Assembly (NCBI GenBank): GCA_946965045.2 | Contig: OX337229.1 | Location: 558,001 to 622,000 of the forward strand | From: Epithemia pelagica | Taxonomy: Eukaryota > Protista > Bacillariophyta | Direction: 5' to 3' | DNA length: 64,000 nt | Shown: positions 1 through 12,208 of the stretch, piece after piece | Layout of the letters: every line of letters begins with the position of its first letter | How positions within the stretch are numbered: the first letter of the stretch is position 1 | The notes under the pieces: generated by a model | What the model was told of the DNA's origin: nothing | Seen by the model: the letters and a program-made list of their open reading frames with translations, nothing else | The model's database searches: none | Position numbers and translations under genes: made by a program

Positions 1-3000
1 ACTGCCAGGTATGGAAAAGGGAATCCGGCCACCGGGAAAGCCCGTCATGTCCCAGACACGAAACTTTCCCTCCAGGAGGGATTCCATGGTTTCCTGACAC
101 AAGCTGACATGACACAAGTTCATTCCAAATGCTTGCAAAATTGCTTTCCCGTCGGTACCCTGACAAACGGTCCGTCGGACCGTAATTTGCAATTCGGTAA
201 ACTCGAGATTGTCCGCCATGCTCGGGTCGGCATAGTTGGGAATGACAATGGATTGGCCGGACCGGTCCTGGATTGTACCAGACGATGGAATCCGTACCGT
301 GAACATGTCTTCCAAAGGAGAAAATGATTCAATCAAGCGTTTGGTGCGATGCGTCAGGGGTGGACCACTCTCCGACCCTTGCGATCCTTCCTCGTCGTTG
401 CCTTTACCACCAGATGGCTTTTTGCTGCAAATGGAATGGAACCAGCCTTGACTGGACGCACATTTGTAAATTTCCATGGGCTGCTTGGCACTCGTTCGTG
501 TGTTGGGAATGGCAAACGATCGTTGACATTTTTGACATTGGGTCATCCATGGCGGTGGAATGGAATCCAACACGCGCCGCACCCATTCTTGTCGGGTCGG
601 TTCGACACTGTCCTTGTGACTCATCATCATCATTGTCATCCTGTGAGAATCTTCGTTGCCGTGCCACTCTGGATCCAGTGCGAGAAATTTCTCGGCAGCG
701 GCAAGGATGCCGCCCCCTTGTTCGGTCAACTCGTCAAACCATTGAAGCGGTTGAAGCAGATATTCATGAAAATCCACCACCATGGCTTGGACAAAGTCCG
801 GACGCTCTCCGTGGTTGGTTTGCAAAATGGCTTGGATATAGGCACTCATGATTTGTTGAAGGGCATTGTCCAAGGATCCAGTCGTCTTGTAGTGACCCAG
901 CTGAATGAGACGGTCCACTTGCGACAAGCTCCGACCCGTGGTCCGGACCAGGGTCTTGACGAGTTTCAATATTGTCTCGACATCTGTTTCACTCCACAAG
1001 GCCTTGTTGTTCTTCTCCTCCGACTTTACTTCGTTCGACTCTGCCGCCGATGACGATGACAAGGGAAACCAATGGACACGATGGGCGGTCAAGGCTTGTT
1101 CCATGCTACTGTAAAAAATGGGTTGCAAGAATCGTTCGCAGCGTCGTGCCCAACTGCGTAAAATGGCCCGTTGGACACTCTTGATCAAGCTGGTCCGAAT
1201 CCAATCCGTCATTTCTTCTTCCTCCTCCTGCTCGGATTCGGATGGATCCGATTCGTTCCGGTACGTGATTTGATTCTTGGTCTTTTTATTGTTGTTCTTT
1301 GGGGTCTTGCGGTCGGTCTTGGTCCAATGGTATTCGGGGGGTGGTACGGGCACTTTGTGTCCGGGCGGCCCATACCGCGTGTGCAAAAACTGGTAGACGA
1401 GGGGTGCCGTGACCAAGACTTGATTGGAAATGGCCCAGTGTTGCAAGGTCATCAATCCCGACGACGAGGTAATGGATCGAGAATACAGCCACTTGTGATT
1501 GCCGCGAAACCGAGCTTGATACTCATACTCGTGGTGCGCGGTGGCGGTTGTTGCTGTTCCACTGGAAGGAAGGGGACGGTATTCAAACAATTGTATCAAG
1601 TGTCGCTTGGCTGGTAAATTCCGCAGGGATCGTAAAAAGAGTGCCACCAAATCTGGAATGGAAAATTTGCGCAGTGGACTGGACAAGAATTTGGGCAAGG
1701 GTTTCCACGACTTGTTGCTGCTGTTGCTGTGCTTGTGGTTCTTGTTGGGACGGGTGTGAGCCTGAGATCCCAAAAAGGAGGACGTGTGCACTTGAGGCAA
1801 GAGAGAAGGAGGGACTTGAACCAGGACATGAATGATGGAGGCAAAGACGGGCCAGGTATACGAATCGGGAGGCAAGGATAAACCTGGAGGAATCTCGGAA
1901 TCATCGTCATCATCGTCCTCGGATTCATGGCTCGTGTGGTCCTGGTCTTTGTTGTTGTTGGTGGTGATGGATTGGTCCGTTGCGCTTGGGCCATGGTTCT
2001 CTGTGTCACCTCTTGGTGGGGCCTGTTCATTGTTCGTTTGGTTTCCAGAGTTGTCGTTGGATACCGATGCTGCGTTCGTCGTTGCATTATCATTGTCATG
2101 ATGATGATGATAGAGTTGACCAAAGATTTGCGCAAAGGGGGCACGAGGATGCACGGGGTCATGTTGCTGCTTGGTTTTGGTGGATTTGGGAACAAGAGTC
2201 ACGGGTGGACCCAATTCGTAAAGATAGGAGGACAAGGGCAAGTGGATCCACGGAGAAAACAAGAGGGGTCGTTCCGGTTCCACCACCACCGGATGCTGTT
2301 TTTTGAAAGAGGGTCGTTTGCGTTTGCGGCGTCGTCGTCGATGCGTGCCACCAAAATCGGAATCATCATCCTCGTCCTCGTCATGATCCTCCTGGTCTTG
2401 ATCGTCGTCCGTATCGTCGTCCGAGTGGACCGCTTCATTGTCGTGGGATGGTTGCGCCTGTTCTTGCAAATCGCCCAGCGAAGAGTCTCGTTCCTCCGAG
2501 TGGCGGCGTTTCGAGGGTCTCTTGTGATGGTGGTGGTGGTTGGCATGACTCGTCGAAGGGTGGGTGGCAGTAGCAGTGGTAAGAGAACGAGTCTTGGTTG
2601 GATGGACGGGTACCAAGTACTGCTGCGCCAAGGCCTTGGTATTCCACAGCGTGACACGGGCCCACAATCGATCAATGCATTGCAATCGGACTCCCAATGT
2701 GGTGGGCACCGATGAGGCGGCGGATGGTAGTAGTGTTTCAGAGTTGGGAGAGGGCGTCGCGTCGTCCGGATTGTTGTGCAGCGGCTCATTCCGTGTGTCC
2801 TTCTGCTCCTGTACGGAGGTATCAACCGGAGCGGGAACCGGCTGGTCGTTGCTTTCGTTGTCGTTGGTTTCCCGTTTGTGGTGTTGTGCCAGGCTTGCCA
2901 GTCGCGTTTCATGAATCGTTTGCAAATCGTCCAAGGTAATGGTTCCCAAGGATGCTCCCTCCTGTTTCAAATAAAAGCCTTGAAAGGTATTGAGATAGTC

Positions 3001-3417
3001 GGCAATTTGCAACAAATCGTCTCGCGACAAGTCCTGCTGCTGAGGCATGGGTTTGGGACTGTCCTGGTTGTGGTCTTGTTCTTGTTGTGGTGGTTCTTGT
3101 TGTTGTTGTTCTTGCTGTTCCTGGGAGTCCGTTCGGGCCGTAGCAGTAGTAGTAGTGACCGTATTCGGTGCTTGGAGGTTCCGGTCGTTCACATTCGGGT
3201 GGATGCTGTTGGTTTGGTGTGGTTCGTCGTTCGATGGTAGTGGTTCTTGTTGTTCTTGTTGTTCCTGCCCGGTAGTGGTGGTTTCATTCCCTGCTGGTTC
3301 CAACGTATTCGTAGTGTGGTTGTTGTTGGTGAGAATGGTTTCCTGGGGAGGAGGAGACGGCTCCAGGTCCATTCTCAAGAGGCTGTCGGTTTCGACACTT
3401 GGTTCCATTCCAGACAT
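1..3417 (-). CDS. Large protein (at least 1139 aa, 3' end outside window) with degenerate bromodomain-like and PHD-like segments
   Basis: I translated the minus frame from ATG 3417 (MSGMEPSVETDSLL) to base 1 and found no stop. It is absent from the ORF track because it runs off the window. The + ORFs 349, 1171, 1927, 2776 and 3247 are its antisense shadows. Motifs: ERFLQPIF, SLSQVDRLIQLGHYKTTGSLDNALQQIMSAY, CQKCQRSF...YKCASSQGWFHSIC. Domain calls are low confidence. Confidence 0.85.
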   Translation of the reverse strand, partial: MSGMEPSVETDSLLRMDLEPSPPPQETILTNNNHTTNTLEPAGNETTTTGQEQQEQQEPLPSNDEPHQTNSIHPNVNDRNLQAPNTVTTTTATARTDSQEQQEQQQQEPPQQEQDHNQDSPKPMPQQQDLSRDDLLQIADYLNTFQGFYLKQEGASLGTITLDDLQTIHETRLASLAQHHKRETNDNESNDQPVPAPVDTSVQEQKDTRNEPLHNNPDDATPSPNSETLLPSAASSVPTTLGVRLQCIDRLWARVTLWNTKALAQQYLVPVHPTKTRSLTTATATHPSTSHANHHHHHKRPSKRRHSEERDSSLGDLQEQAQPSHDNEAVHSDDDTDDDQDQEDHDEDEDDDSDFGGTHRRRRRKRKRPSFKKQHPVVVEPERPLLFSPWIHLPLSSYLYELGPPVTLVPKSTKTKQQHDPVHPRAPFAQIFGQLYHHHHDNDNATTNAASVSNDNSGNQTNNEQAPPRGDTENHGPSATDQSITTNNNKDQDHTSHESEDDDDDDSEIPPGLSLPPDSYTWPVFASIIHVLVQVPPSLLPQVHTSSFLGSQAHTRPNKNHKHSNSSNKSWKPLPKFLSSPLRKFSIPDLVALFLRSLRNLPAKRHLIQLFEYRPLPSSGTATTATAHHEYEYQARFRGNHKWLYSRSITSSSGLMTLQHWAISNQVLVTAPLVYQFLHTRYGPPGHKVPVPPPEYHWTKTDRKTPKNNNKKTKNQITYRNESDPSESEQEEEEEMTDWIRTSLIKSVQRAILRSWARRCERFLQPIFYSSMEQALTAHRVHWFPLSSSSAAESNEVKSEEKNNKALWSETDVETILKLVKTLVRTTGRSLSQVDRLIQLGHYKTTGSLDNALQQIMSAYIQAILQTNHGERPDFVQAMVVDFHEYLLQPLQWFDELTEQGGGILAAAEKFLALDPEWHGNEDSHRMTMMMMSHKDSVEPTRQEWVRRVLDSIPPPWMTQCQKCQRSFAIPNTRTSAKQPMEIYKCASSQGWFHSICSKKPSGGKGNDEEGSQGSESGPPLTHRTKRLIESFSPLEDMFTVRIPSSGTIQDRSGQSIVIPNYADPSMADNLEFTELQITVRRTVCQGTDGKAILQAFGMNLCHVSLCQETMESLLEGKFRVWDMTGFPGGRIPFSIPGS

Positions 3418-4396
3418 GGTATAAAAGGAGTTGGGAAGAGGGCGCTTCTCTGTGAGACACGTTGGATGCAAGAGTCAGTAGTAGGTGTTGGTCCTGTAGA
3501 AACACACACAGACACACAGCGAGTTTGTGGTTGTCTCTCGTTGTGGTCGTTTCAATATGGCGTGCTGGTCGTCCAACAATCACCAACGTTGTGTTTGGAG
3601 GAAACGGATTCTCTCTGGGAAGCAAAAGCAAAGCGATTTCTCGGCTCCAAGCTGTTGAGAATGGCAACGTTTGGCAAAGTGGCAATCCTCCCTGTCTTCT
3701 TCGTTCTGGGAACCAAACGACCCAAGGCAAACGACTGGACCGATCCGTCCCATGTGTATATTGTTCCCGCGCCTCTTGTTGTCTCTCTATCCGATATCGT
3801 CGCCAACCACAAAAGTCCCACTGTTTTTTGTGACCACACGATCCACGATGTGACACAAAAAACGGGGCGGAAAGAGAAAGCGCGCTTTTATGGGGGCACG
3901 GGAACAGAGAGGGGGCAAAATAGGAACCAAAAAGGGGGCGAGTGCGAGCTATCACTTCGATGTTTCGCTTTTTCATAGGACATAAGAGTAGATCATGTAG
4001 AACTCTATTCACATGGACAACCATTCTGTAGATCCAGTGCACATTCTCTAGAGTAGATGTTGTCGTTCGCAATGGATGTGTATTCGTATAATGGTTGAGG
4101 AAGCTGTGGTCGTCCAAACTTGACCGACCCAAATCGTTTGTCGTTTCATTAGTACAATACATGCTATAGGTCGACCAACCTAACATTGTATGGATGGAGT
4201 CTCTCTGTTCTATGGTTCTATAGGTGCAATAGTGGACGCCCTGGTGCATGGAACCATTGGATCCTTCTACGATACGTTTTTTTCCCCTCTGGACCATCAC
4301 TCGGCATTGTAGAAACGACGGTCGGGTTTCCTCTGGCACTCCTCTCGGAATGTCCTTGTTACAAAGTGTGTGTGCATGTTGGACTCATACCTCTAG

Positions 4397-7300
4397 CTAG
4401 GATCCTGTCTCATCGGCCCAATCGGCGGAATTGGAAAAGACAAATCCCACCACCATGGCCCAAAAAATGGACCACAGGGCATACAGGACACCATCAAAGC
4501 GAAACAAAATGGGATCCAAGCCGGCCAAAATTTCCACAATAAAGTTGGCCACCGAACTCAGTGTCCCGCCAAACCCATTGATCAAACTCACCAAGACCAA
4601 CCGTTCTTCTTCATTGGGATTGCCTGCCAAGAGCCGGCCCAATCCACCCGACAAGGCACAGGCCAAAATGTTGCAACAAAAGGTTCCAATCGGAAAGGTC
4701 GGACGCCAATCATTGTATTTGCTCAACCGCCATCGAGCCAAGACACCCAGAGGAGAAAAGAGCAAACTCAAGGCCACGACTTGATTTTGTGGTTCGCTGT
4801 AAAAGGAAATGGAAGTACATTGCGTCACCACCGCCATCATGAACAGGACCGTCACAATCGCTCGAATCGACGGTGTTTGACGATTCTCCGCCTCGGGAGC
4901 AGCATCCCCCGTAGTGTTGGTTGGAGTCGAACGACGATGGCCATTCACCGGATCCTCGGTATCGTGGTTCTCCGGATTCGTTTCCGGGTGGTCCGTATCA
5001 TTCTCGTCGTCGTCATCGTCGTCGTTGGTATGCAATTGAATGCCATAGCCACGTCGTTCATCGCGTTTGGTTTCTTGTCGACACCGCCAGACAAAAATGT
5101 ACACGGCCACATGTTGTCCAAACCGATAGGCGACAATAGGCAATTGCAATCCCAACAAATATCCCACAATGGCTTCCCCAAATTGTCCCGCCCGAATCAA
5201 GTTGATCATGGCCGAATTCCACGACGAAAAACTACTGAGTGCGCCACAAAAACCAAACCGTAAGCCCAACATGAGATCGTCACTCATGTCTTCGGCCGTC
5301 GTACCGACATCCCATCCATTGGCCAAATTGACTCGACGCAACCGCGAAATGTTTTCCGAAACATTGGCCGAGACCTCATGGACAATTTGATTCAAATCGG
5401 CTGGATTGGCTTCGCCGTGCAATTCGACACCGTCTTGTGGAGGCGGTGGTTGGGATGACACGCCGTCCTGTGCTGGTTGTGCCGGTGTCGATGCTGGAGT
5501 GGTTGCGGGCGGTTGTTGTTGGTGTTGTGGTTGGGGCGTGGGAGCAGGAACGTTGTGGGGAGATTGATTCGACGAAGATTGCAATGGATCGACCCGTGAC
5601 GTTGGCGTTGTGGTTCTGGAGGCTGTTGATGCTGCTGCCACGGGGGAAACGGATGTGGGTGGTGACACTGTGGAAGAGGCGGTGGAGGGAGAGGGAGTTG
5701 CACTCGCTGCTGCTGTTGCAGACGGAGACGGTCGCAATCGGCCCTGTGATCCCTGGGGTGGTTGCTCCAATTGGTAGTGGTATTGTTCATTATCATCATC
5801 GTCATGATGTTCTTCCAACCACAATCCATCCATGACATCGTCATCTCCTTCATGATGATGATGATGATGATGATGATGAAACGTGTGTCCCCCACTGGCG
5901 ACTGCCTGTGATTGAGCAGCAGCAGCAGCATGTTTTCGTTTGTATCCATCGTCAAAGTAATGTTCCATGACATCCACATCTTCTTTGTTGACAGGAAAAA
6001 GGAGTAAACATTTGGATTGTCGAATCCGTCGTTCCAAGGCGAGTAATTGAACATCGCGTAATTCTTCATTCAAGGCTACCGGACGATGATCCAACCATCG
6101 TCGACGAGCTTGTTTCCAAAACAACGAAGACGATGCGGAAGAGGACGACGCATGTCCTCGTCGTCGACGTCGACGAAACAGGCCACCACCACCACCACGA
6201 CTTGTGAAGGCCATGTCGTCATGAGTTTCATCCCAGTCATCCAATCCCTCCGAATGCATCATCCCCGTAGAAGAAGAAGAGCTTCCTCTTCCCATGCGAG
6301 TCGGAGATGATGGATGAGGCGATAGCCCTGTCGAAACGGGAGGAATGGACAGGGGCGAGGGTCGCCGTTTCCCGGGAGACTGCGGTGCTTCGTTGATCAT
6401 CGAGCGGTTTGCCTCCGGTTCCCGGGAGTGGCGGTGGTGGTTCCGAGTGGAATCCATTGGGTTCTCATCTTCCTCTGGTTCTCCTTGTCGCTTATTATTA
6501 TCGACATTCTCGTCCGTAGTGTCGTTTCCTCGAGGTTGCATTTGTTGTTGCAGTCGGGGTGGAGAAAACCGGGTTGTGATGATTTCCATGCAGGATTCTC
6601 CCGAACACAACAATCCCAAGACAAAGCAGGACAAACAGTTGAGGGGTAAATTGACAAAGAGAGCCGATTGATTGGAAAAGACGGAATCGACAAAGGAAAA
6701 CCAATAGGAGGATCCCAATCGTGCCACAATGCCCAATTGGGTAAAGAGACTGAGAATGAGCAAGTCGTCGTAAATGTGCCAAAAATCCTTGACAAAGGCT
6801 TCATCCTCGGCAGCTTGTTGACGAAAATGATTGTCAAATTCCGCTTGACGATGTACGCTAGGATTGCTCGGGTTGCTATTATTGTTGGAAGGATGGTTAC
6901 TGGAAGCGTGCCAAGGAGACCCCTGGGTGTTTGAAGCTGAGTCCGTCACAGTCTGTTGTCGTTGCTCGGAAGGCGACGCCGACGACGATAAGGACCCGGT
7001 CGTCGTGGTCCTCGTTTCTCCAGAAGCATGCGATAAGGATGGTTGTTGCAAGGACGCGGGTGGTGCTTGCCGGCGTTGAGTCTTTGGAGTGTTTTGGGTA
7101 TTTTGGGGTGGATAAAAAAATTTGTGCAAGGCTTGCCGTCCTGGTTTCCCAATGGTTTCTTCCAAGGTATCCGTCACCACTTCTTGCCACGAATTGTCTT
7201 CTGTATTCGCCGCCGTTGATGATGCCGTGGGTCGCACCGCCGAAGAAGAAGAAGAAGCCGAAGCAGACAATGAGGAGGATCCAGCGGCAGCACGCGGATT

Positions 7301-7514
7301 TGGACCAGGAGTCGTACTAGAAGTAGGATTCCTCGGAGGACCCTTATTAGTTCGACTCGGCGACACAGAAGACGTTGCTGAGTTTGAATTCGTTGCTGCC
7401 GTAGGTTGTTGTTTCTTCAGGGATGGTGGTCGTACTGGTTTCGGAGAAGGGCCGGTGTTGGTTGTCACGGGTGGAGCTTTCCTCGGACTGGCAGTCTTGT
7501 CTGGTGAGGGCCTT

Positions 7515-7546
<32 letters not shown>

Positions 7547-7675
7547 AGTGGGGACATTGGAGGTTGTCTGGTCATCGACCGACCGAGTGCTCTTTGTATT
7601 GGAGGAGGCGTCCTTCACGGAGCTGGATTGAGAAGTCTTGGATGCTTGCGGTGGAGGACGAGAAGGGTGGTCCAT
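4397..7675 (-). CDS. FEX: Fluoride export protein (FEX; two fused CrcB/Fluc domains), 1092 aa
   Basis: CrcB motifs occur twice: LGIVARLG / LPLNCLSCFVLGLL / GLRFGFCGALSSFSSW and PLGVLARWRLS / FPIGTFCCNILAC / INGFGGTLSSVANF. Confidence 0.9.
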
Positions 7676-8523
7676 GATGGAAAATGGCTTTGGCGTTTTG
7701 TCTCAAAAAGAGGATACTTCTGGAAGAGGCCAAACACCACAAAAATTACTAAGAGCCACAACCAAACAACAACACAATGAGCGTTGGCGCCAGAACGACA
7801 AAAGAATGCCCAATGCCCGATATAGAATGGACGAAATGAATGAGGGGGATAATAAAAACGAAATGGGCGTGTGCCAAAAAGTCTGCTACCAAACGCGCGA
7901 CGAGGTGCGCAGAACAAATGCGACCGAATGACATTGACATCCCTTCCAATCACCCCACTACTGAATCACCACCCCACTTTGGAAAATCGCAATCACAAAG
8001 AGGTATAGCTATCCTTATCCCATTTCTTGCTTCGCCTCTATCTACTCCCATTATGGTATCACTATACTCGAGAGACCAAACCTTCTGGAAGGTATCGGGC
8101 TTCGTAATAGCTTTAATGTATCTTCGTTTTCGCTTTTCGCCAATGCGTCCGTTCTGGAAAGGAAAGAGAGAGCGTGTTGCAAAGGTGCGTTTCGTTCGTG
8201 GATGCCCCTCATGCAGGCGCATCTTTCTACTAGGAGCTATACGTGGGCCTCATCAACCTGAAGCGTCCGCGTCTTTTCCTGCACTAGAACAATGACAATG
8301 TTCTCCGAACGCCGCATATACAGTGCTTCTTGTAGAAAGAAAAAAAGAACAAAACGCATTCCATTCGAAATGTGTTTCGTCTTGTCGTCTGTTTCGACTT
8401 GCCTCATCTGCTACAGACCTGAATCCCTCAATGACTGGCTGTTCCATTCTCGCTCCGCTGTTCTGTGACAAAGTGCTTGCGCTTTTTTCGAACTCTCGTA
8501 TCTCCTACCACATGCCCAGCCCC

Positions 8524-10887
8524 TCACGACAAGTCCGAGGAGGTCAGGAGATAGCTTGGAATTTCTTGCGTCGGCTCCAGATCTCCATGTTCCTCAGCTT
8601 CCAAGACTTCCCGGAGATTGGCCAGACATTTGCGGTAGTGACGTGCCACGGTTCGTGCCCATCGCTGATACGATGACGCGTCCTTGGTATTAGCAGTGTT
8701 GTCCTCTTTCCAGGATTGGACCCGATCCGGCTCGGCAATTTCCTTGCGGAGTTTGGCAAACCGCCGTACGGAATCGTTGGGGGGCACCAGAGTCAAGGCT
8801 TGACCGGATTTTCCGGCCCGGGCTGTACGTCCACATCGATGAACATAGGTTCGCGCATAGCGGGGAATATTGTAATTCACCACCAAGGTAATCGTGTCCA
8901 AATCAATGCCTCGAGACATGCCATCGGAACAAACGACTACCGATGGGCGACGGCGACGATTACTTTTTGATTCCGTAGAGGATGGTTCTCGACAGTCTTG
9001 AATCAATTGGCTTCGATCCGTTTGTGATAGGGCACTGGAAAACTCGGCCACCTGGAGTTGCGACACGCACGACGAGGGACGGTCCAAAGATGTGGTGGTG
9101 GTGGTTGTCGTCTCGGCCTCTTGCATGGCCCACACCAGGAGTTGCAAGAGACGGGTTAAACGATGCGACGATTCGACACTGGAGGTAAAGACAAAGGCCA
9201 ATCCCTGTTTCGGTCCATCTTGTCGTTGTTGTTGTTGTTGTTCCAAATGCTGCAACAATGCCACACACAAGACCAAGGGCTTTTGTTCCATTGTACATTC
9301 CACAGTGTACTCCTCCAACAAGGGCGGCAACGCAAACTTGTTGCTGCTGCTGTTGTGAGCCTTGTTGTTGAGAGTTGCTGTTGTCGTCTTAATGGACAAT
9401 CGATGAACATTAAAGAGTTTGGGATTCACGAGCCGAAGTGACTGCAACTTTCGGGGATCTCGTGTCATGGTAGCCGACACCAAATATTTTCGTAACTGCA
9501 CTGGACGACGACCCTCGGGAATTCTTCCGAATTGCCTCGGGGATCCTGTCTCATTGGACCAAGAAGACGAAGAAGAAGGCGTTTGCACAAGGTCGTTGCG
9601 TCTCCAGGTAATTGGATCCAAGAAGGATGATGATGATAATAACGTGGCGTTCGTGCCCTGGTCGGTTTGGTTCCCATATTCGACTTGGTGTAAGACACGG
9701 TCAATCCAATTTTGATATCGTTCACTCAACAATCGATCGGCTTCGTCCACCACCAGAAACCGCAAATGTCGCAAACTAAAGCCGGGGGTACTGTCCATAT
9801 GATCAATCAGACGTCCAGGCGTGCAGACCAAGATATCAATGACATTGTCATGGATCGACAGAGCATTCGTAGGGGGACTTGAAAACTGCGACAAGTGTGT
9901 ATCAAAGTCCAGGCTTGCAGCCGTTGGAGTTTGAGAACCATTGTGACTGGCACTGGTACGAAATGCCATTTGTTCGGCTTCCCAGTCGGTTTGTCCTACA
10001 GCCAATCCAACTCGCAAATTGGAATGTCGAACATACTTTTCAAAGACGCTGTGCACCTGTTGGGCCAAATCTCGCATGGGCAAAATGACAAGGGCTGTCA
10101 AACGAGGGACACGCCGTTGTGACAAGGCATTGACAATGGGAAGAACATAACTCAGTGTCTTGCCGGAACCGGTGGGCGCCGTAATGCAAACATCCTGAAC
10201 TTCATGTTGCAACCTTCCCCGCAATTGCTGTTCCCAGGTAATGGTATCAGGAATAGACAATGCCTGGATGGGGAAAAACGACGTAAAACCATCCCGTTCC
10301 AAATTGCGAATCAAAAAGGGAGCCATTTTCCACGCCTCAGCAACTTGTTTCAAGGGGAGCGTCGAAACATGAAGGGCAGTTTGGACTTCTTGGGGTGTAG
10401 GTTCGACCACTCCATGATCGTCCATCGGAGAAACCGACGGTAGATGAGAATCTCTGTCTTGCTCCTCGTTTTCTTCTTCGTGGTGATCTTCTTCTTCTTC
10501 TCCATGGAGACCTTCAATCTCGTGAATAATGTTTTCCACGGGCTCCGGCTCTGTAGTTTCGGCGTCGAGGCTCTGTTCCTCATCGAGAGTATTGTTGCTT
10601 GTAAGAAAATCTGTTTCGGCCGATACAGGATCATCCTGCATGGGTTTGACCATTTTGTGTTGCCCTACTACATCCTTCTTTGCCTCGGTCGCTGTGGATG
10701 ATTGATATTCCTTGTTGTGACGGCTTCGTTTCTTTTTCTTGTTTGATTTAGTACGAGAATGGAGGATGTCTCTTTCCTCTCTGTCCAGATCATTTCGACC
10801 TCGTTTCTGCTTTGAGTGCATGTCCTTCGTCGTCTCTTGTGGAGGCTTGGTTGGATCATATCGTTCGACAATAATGGTGGGAGCCAT
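8524..10887 (-). CDS. DDX51: DEAD-box RNA helicase DDX51/Dbp6
   Basis: FPIQ, APTGSGKT, TPGRL, DEAD, SATMTRDPRKLQSLRL (Dbp6-type), SDGMSRGID, HRCGRTARAG. First ATG at 10887. Confidence 0.93.
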   Translation of the reverse strand: MAPTIIVERYDPTKPPQETTKDMHSKQKRGRNDLDREERDILHSRTKSNKKKKRSRHNKEYQSSTATEAKKDVVGQHKMVKPMQDDPVSAETDFLTSNNTLDEEQSLDAETTEPEPVENIIHEIEGLHGEEEEDHHEEENEEQDRDSHLPSVSPMDDHGVVEPTPQEVQTALHVSTLPLKQVAEAWKMAPFLIRNLERDGFTSFFPIQALSIPDTITWEQQLRGRLQHEVQDVCITAPTGSGKTLSYVLPIVNALSQRRVPRLTALVILPMRDLAQQVHSVFEKYVRHSNLRVGLAVGQTDWEAEQMAFRTSASHNGSQTPTAASLDFDTHLSQFSSPPTNALSIHDNVIDILVCTPGRLIDHMDSTPGFSLRHLRFLVVDEADRLLSERYQNWIDRVLHQVEYGNQTDQGTNATLLSSSSFLDPITWRRNDLVQTPSSSSSWSNETGSPRQFGRIPEGRRPVQLRKYLVSATMTRDPRKLQSLRLVNPKLFNVHRLSIKTTTATLNNKAHNSSSNKFALPPLLEEYTVECTMEQKPLVLCVALLQHLEQQQQQRQDGPKQGLAFVFTSSVESSHRLTRLLQLLVWAMQEAETTTTTTTSLDRPSSCVSQLQVAEFSSALSQTDRSQLIQDCREPSSTESKSNRRRRPSVVVCSDGMSRGIDLDTITLVVNYNIPRYARTYVHRCGRTARAGKSGQALTLVPPNDSVRRFAKLRKEIAEPDRVQSWKEDNTANTKDASSYQRWARTVARHYRKCLANLREVLEAEEHGDLEPTQEIPSYLLTSSDLS

Positions 10888-11236
10888 TTTGCCCCTTTGC
10901 TTCCCCGTGCTCCTTTTCGTCTCGACCACAGTATCCTACTAGAAAGCGGCAGAATCTCACGCACTTATACAATCATACCAGGCGACATGAAACCATGGTC
11001 GAGAGATTCTTTTTGTTGTCGGGGATAAAAAATGAATGGCCCGTCGAACTCTGTGATCCTTGCGCGACCCATAAGAGCGACCATAGCTCCTGTGGATATG
11101 CAGATGAGGTAGCTATGTTCTCGGAAGAGAAGCCTTGTCGACAGAAACCGCGTAGACGTAGACACTCCTCATCTTCCTCTCTCTTTCTTCTTTACTGTTG
11201 TTACAAGCAGAAAGCAGAACATCAAATCAATCGACC

Positions 11237-12190
11237 ATGGCGCTGGATAGAGGTTACGAAGATGATCATGCTGAACGCTTGTTAGTATCATCACGGAAAG
11301 TCAGCAAGAATCCTGATTATGTTTTTTGGACGGACTGCGAAGACAAGAATCAACTCAGCACAATTGCATCCGTTTATAGTGGTGCCATTATGCTCAAAAT
11401 GACAGTATTTGGACCAGGTGTCAAATCACCGTGGTTCGGACAAGCAGGAATGGTGAAGCTAAATGACGGAACGATTGATCTCGTAACAGCAAGGCACAAT
11501 CACGTAAGCGACGAGAATGCTAGCTTTCTATCGGCTATCGCCGAGTTCAAGGGGCCGTTCACATTCGGGACGAGCTTGAAGCCGGTGGATGCATCGTCCA
11601 TAAAACCGGTAACATGTGTCAGTGAAGATGGCGCATTTCCTTGGAAATATGGTATTGACATCTCGATTGCAAAATTTCTCTACAAGCCACCGCAACTGGC
11701 TCCTTGGGACCTCCATGCTTTTCACATTTTTGAACAGGCATCCACAGAATTTGAGCTGGTAAGTATAATTGGTTTTTTGGTTGGTCTTACGACGTACGCT
11801 CTCTAGACTTACATACTGCACCGTATCATTTTCAAGGCAAAAGGACTACGCGTAGCGATGACAATCTACACTGAAAAGGAAGCAACAGTAGTAAATAGCA
11901 AAGCGTATGAGAAAAAATTCTTCGACAACGACGCACTCCACGAAAAATATGGCTATGCCGAAAACTACAACGTTTACACTGGGGAAATTCTTTTTGTTGG
12001 AGAGGACCACTTTGAGCACAATATAAATTGCTTTCAAGGATGTTCAGGTGCAATTGTTTTTCTGCTGGAAGGCGATCATGCGGGAAAAGCTGTTGGTGTC
12101 CATGTAGGAAGCCCTGCATCTCGAGAGTCCAATCTCGCGTTCAAGATAACTGCTCTGCAGAGACCAGCTTCATTATCTTCGCACGAATGA
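11237..12190 (+). CDS. Trypsin-fold serine peptidase, 2 exons (11237-11758, 11837-12190), no signal peptide
   Basis: A phase-0 intron 11759-11836 (GTAAGT...TTTCAAG) joins two ORF-track pieces in frame. Catalytic triad in order: VTARHN, GIDISI, FQGCSGA, followed by AVGVHVG. Confidence 0.82.
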
Positions 12191-12208
12191 GAGGATAAGT
12201 GGCGGAGC

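Noticed and set aside
349-3978. Hydrophobic plus-strand ORFs (349, 1171, 1927, 2776, 3247)
   Set aside because: They are antisense shadows of the long minus-strand gene. The V/L runs mirror its N/Q/D/T tracts.
3284-4339. 351-aa minus ORF as a gene
   Set aside because: It spans the intergenic region and overlaps the start of the 1-3417 gene out of frame, with no recognisable motifs.
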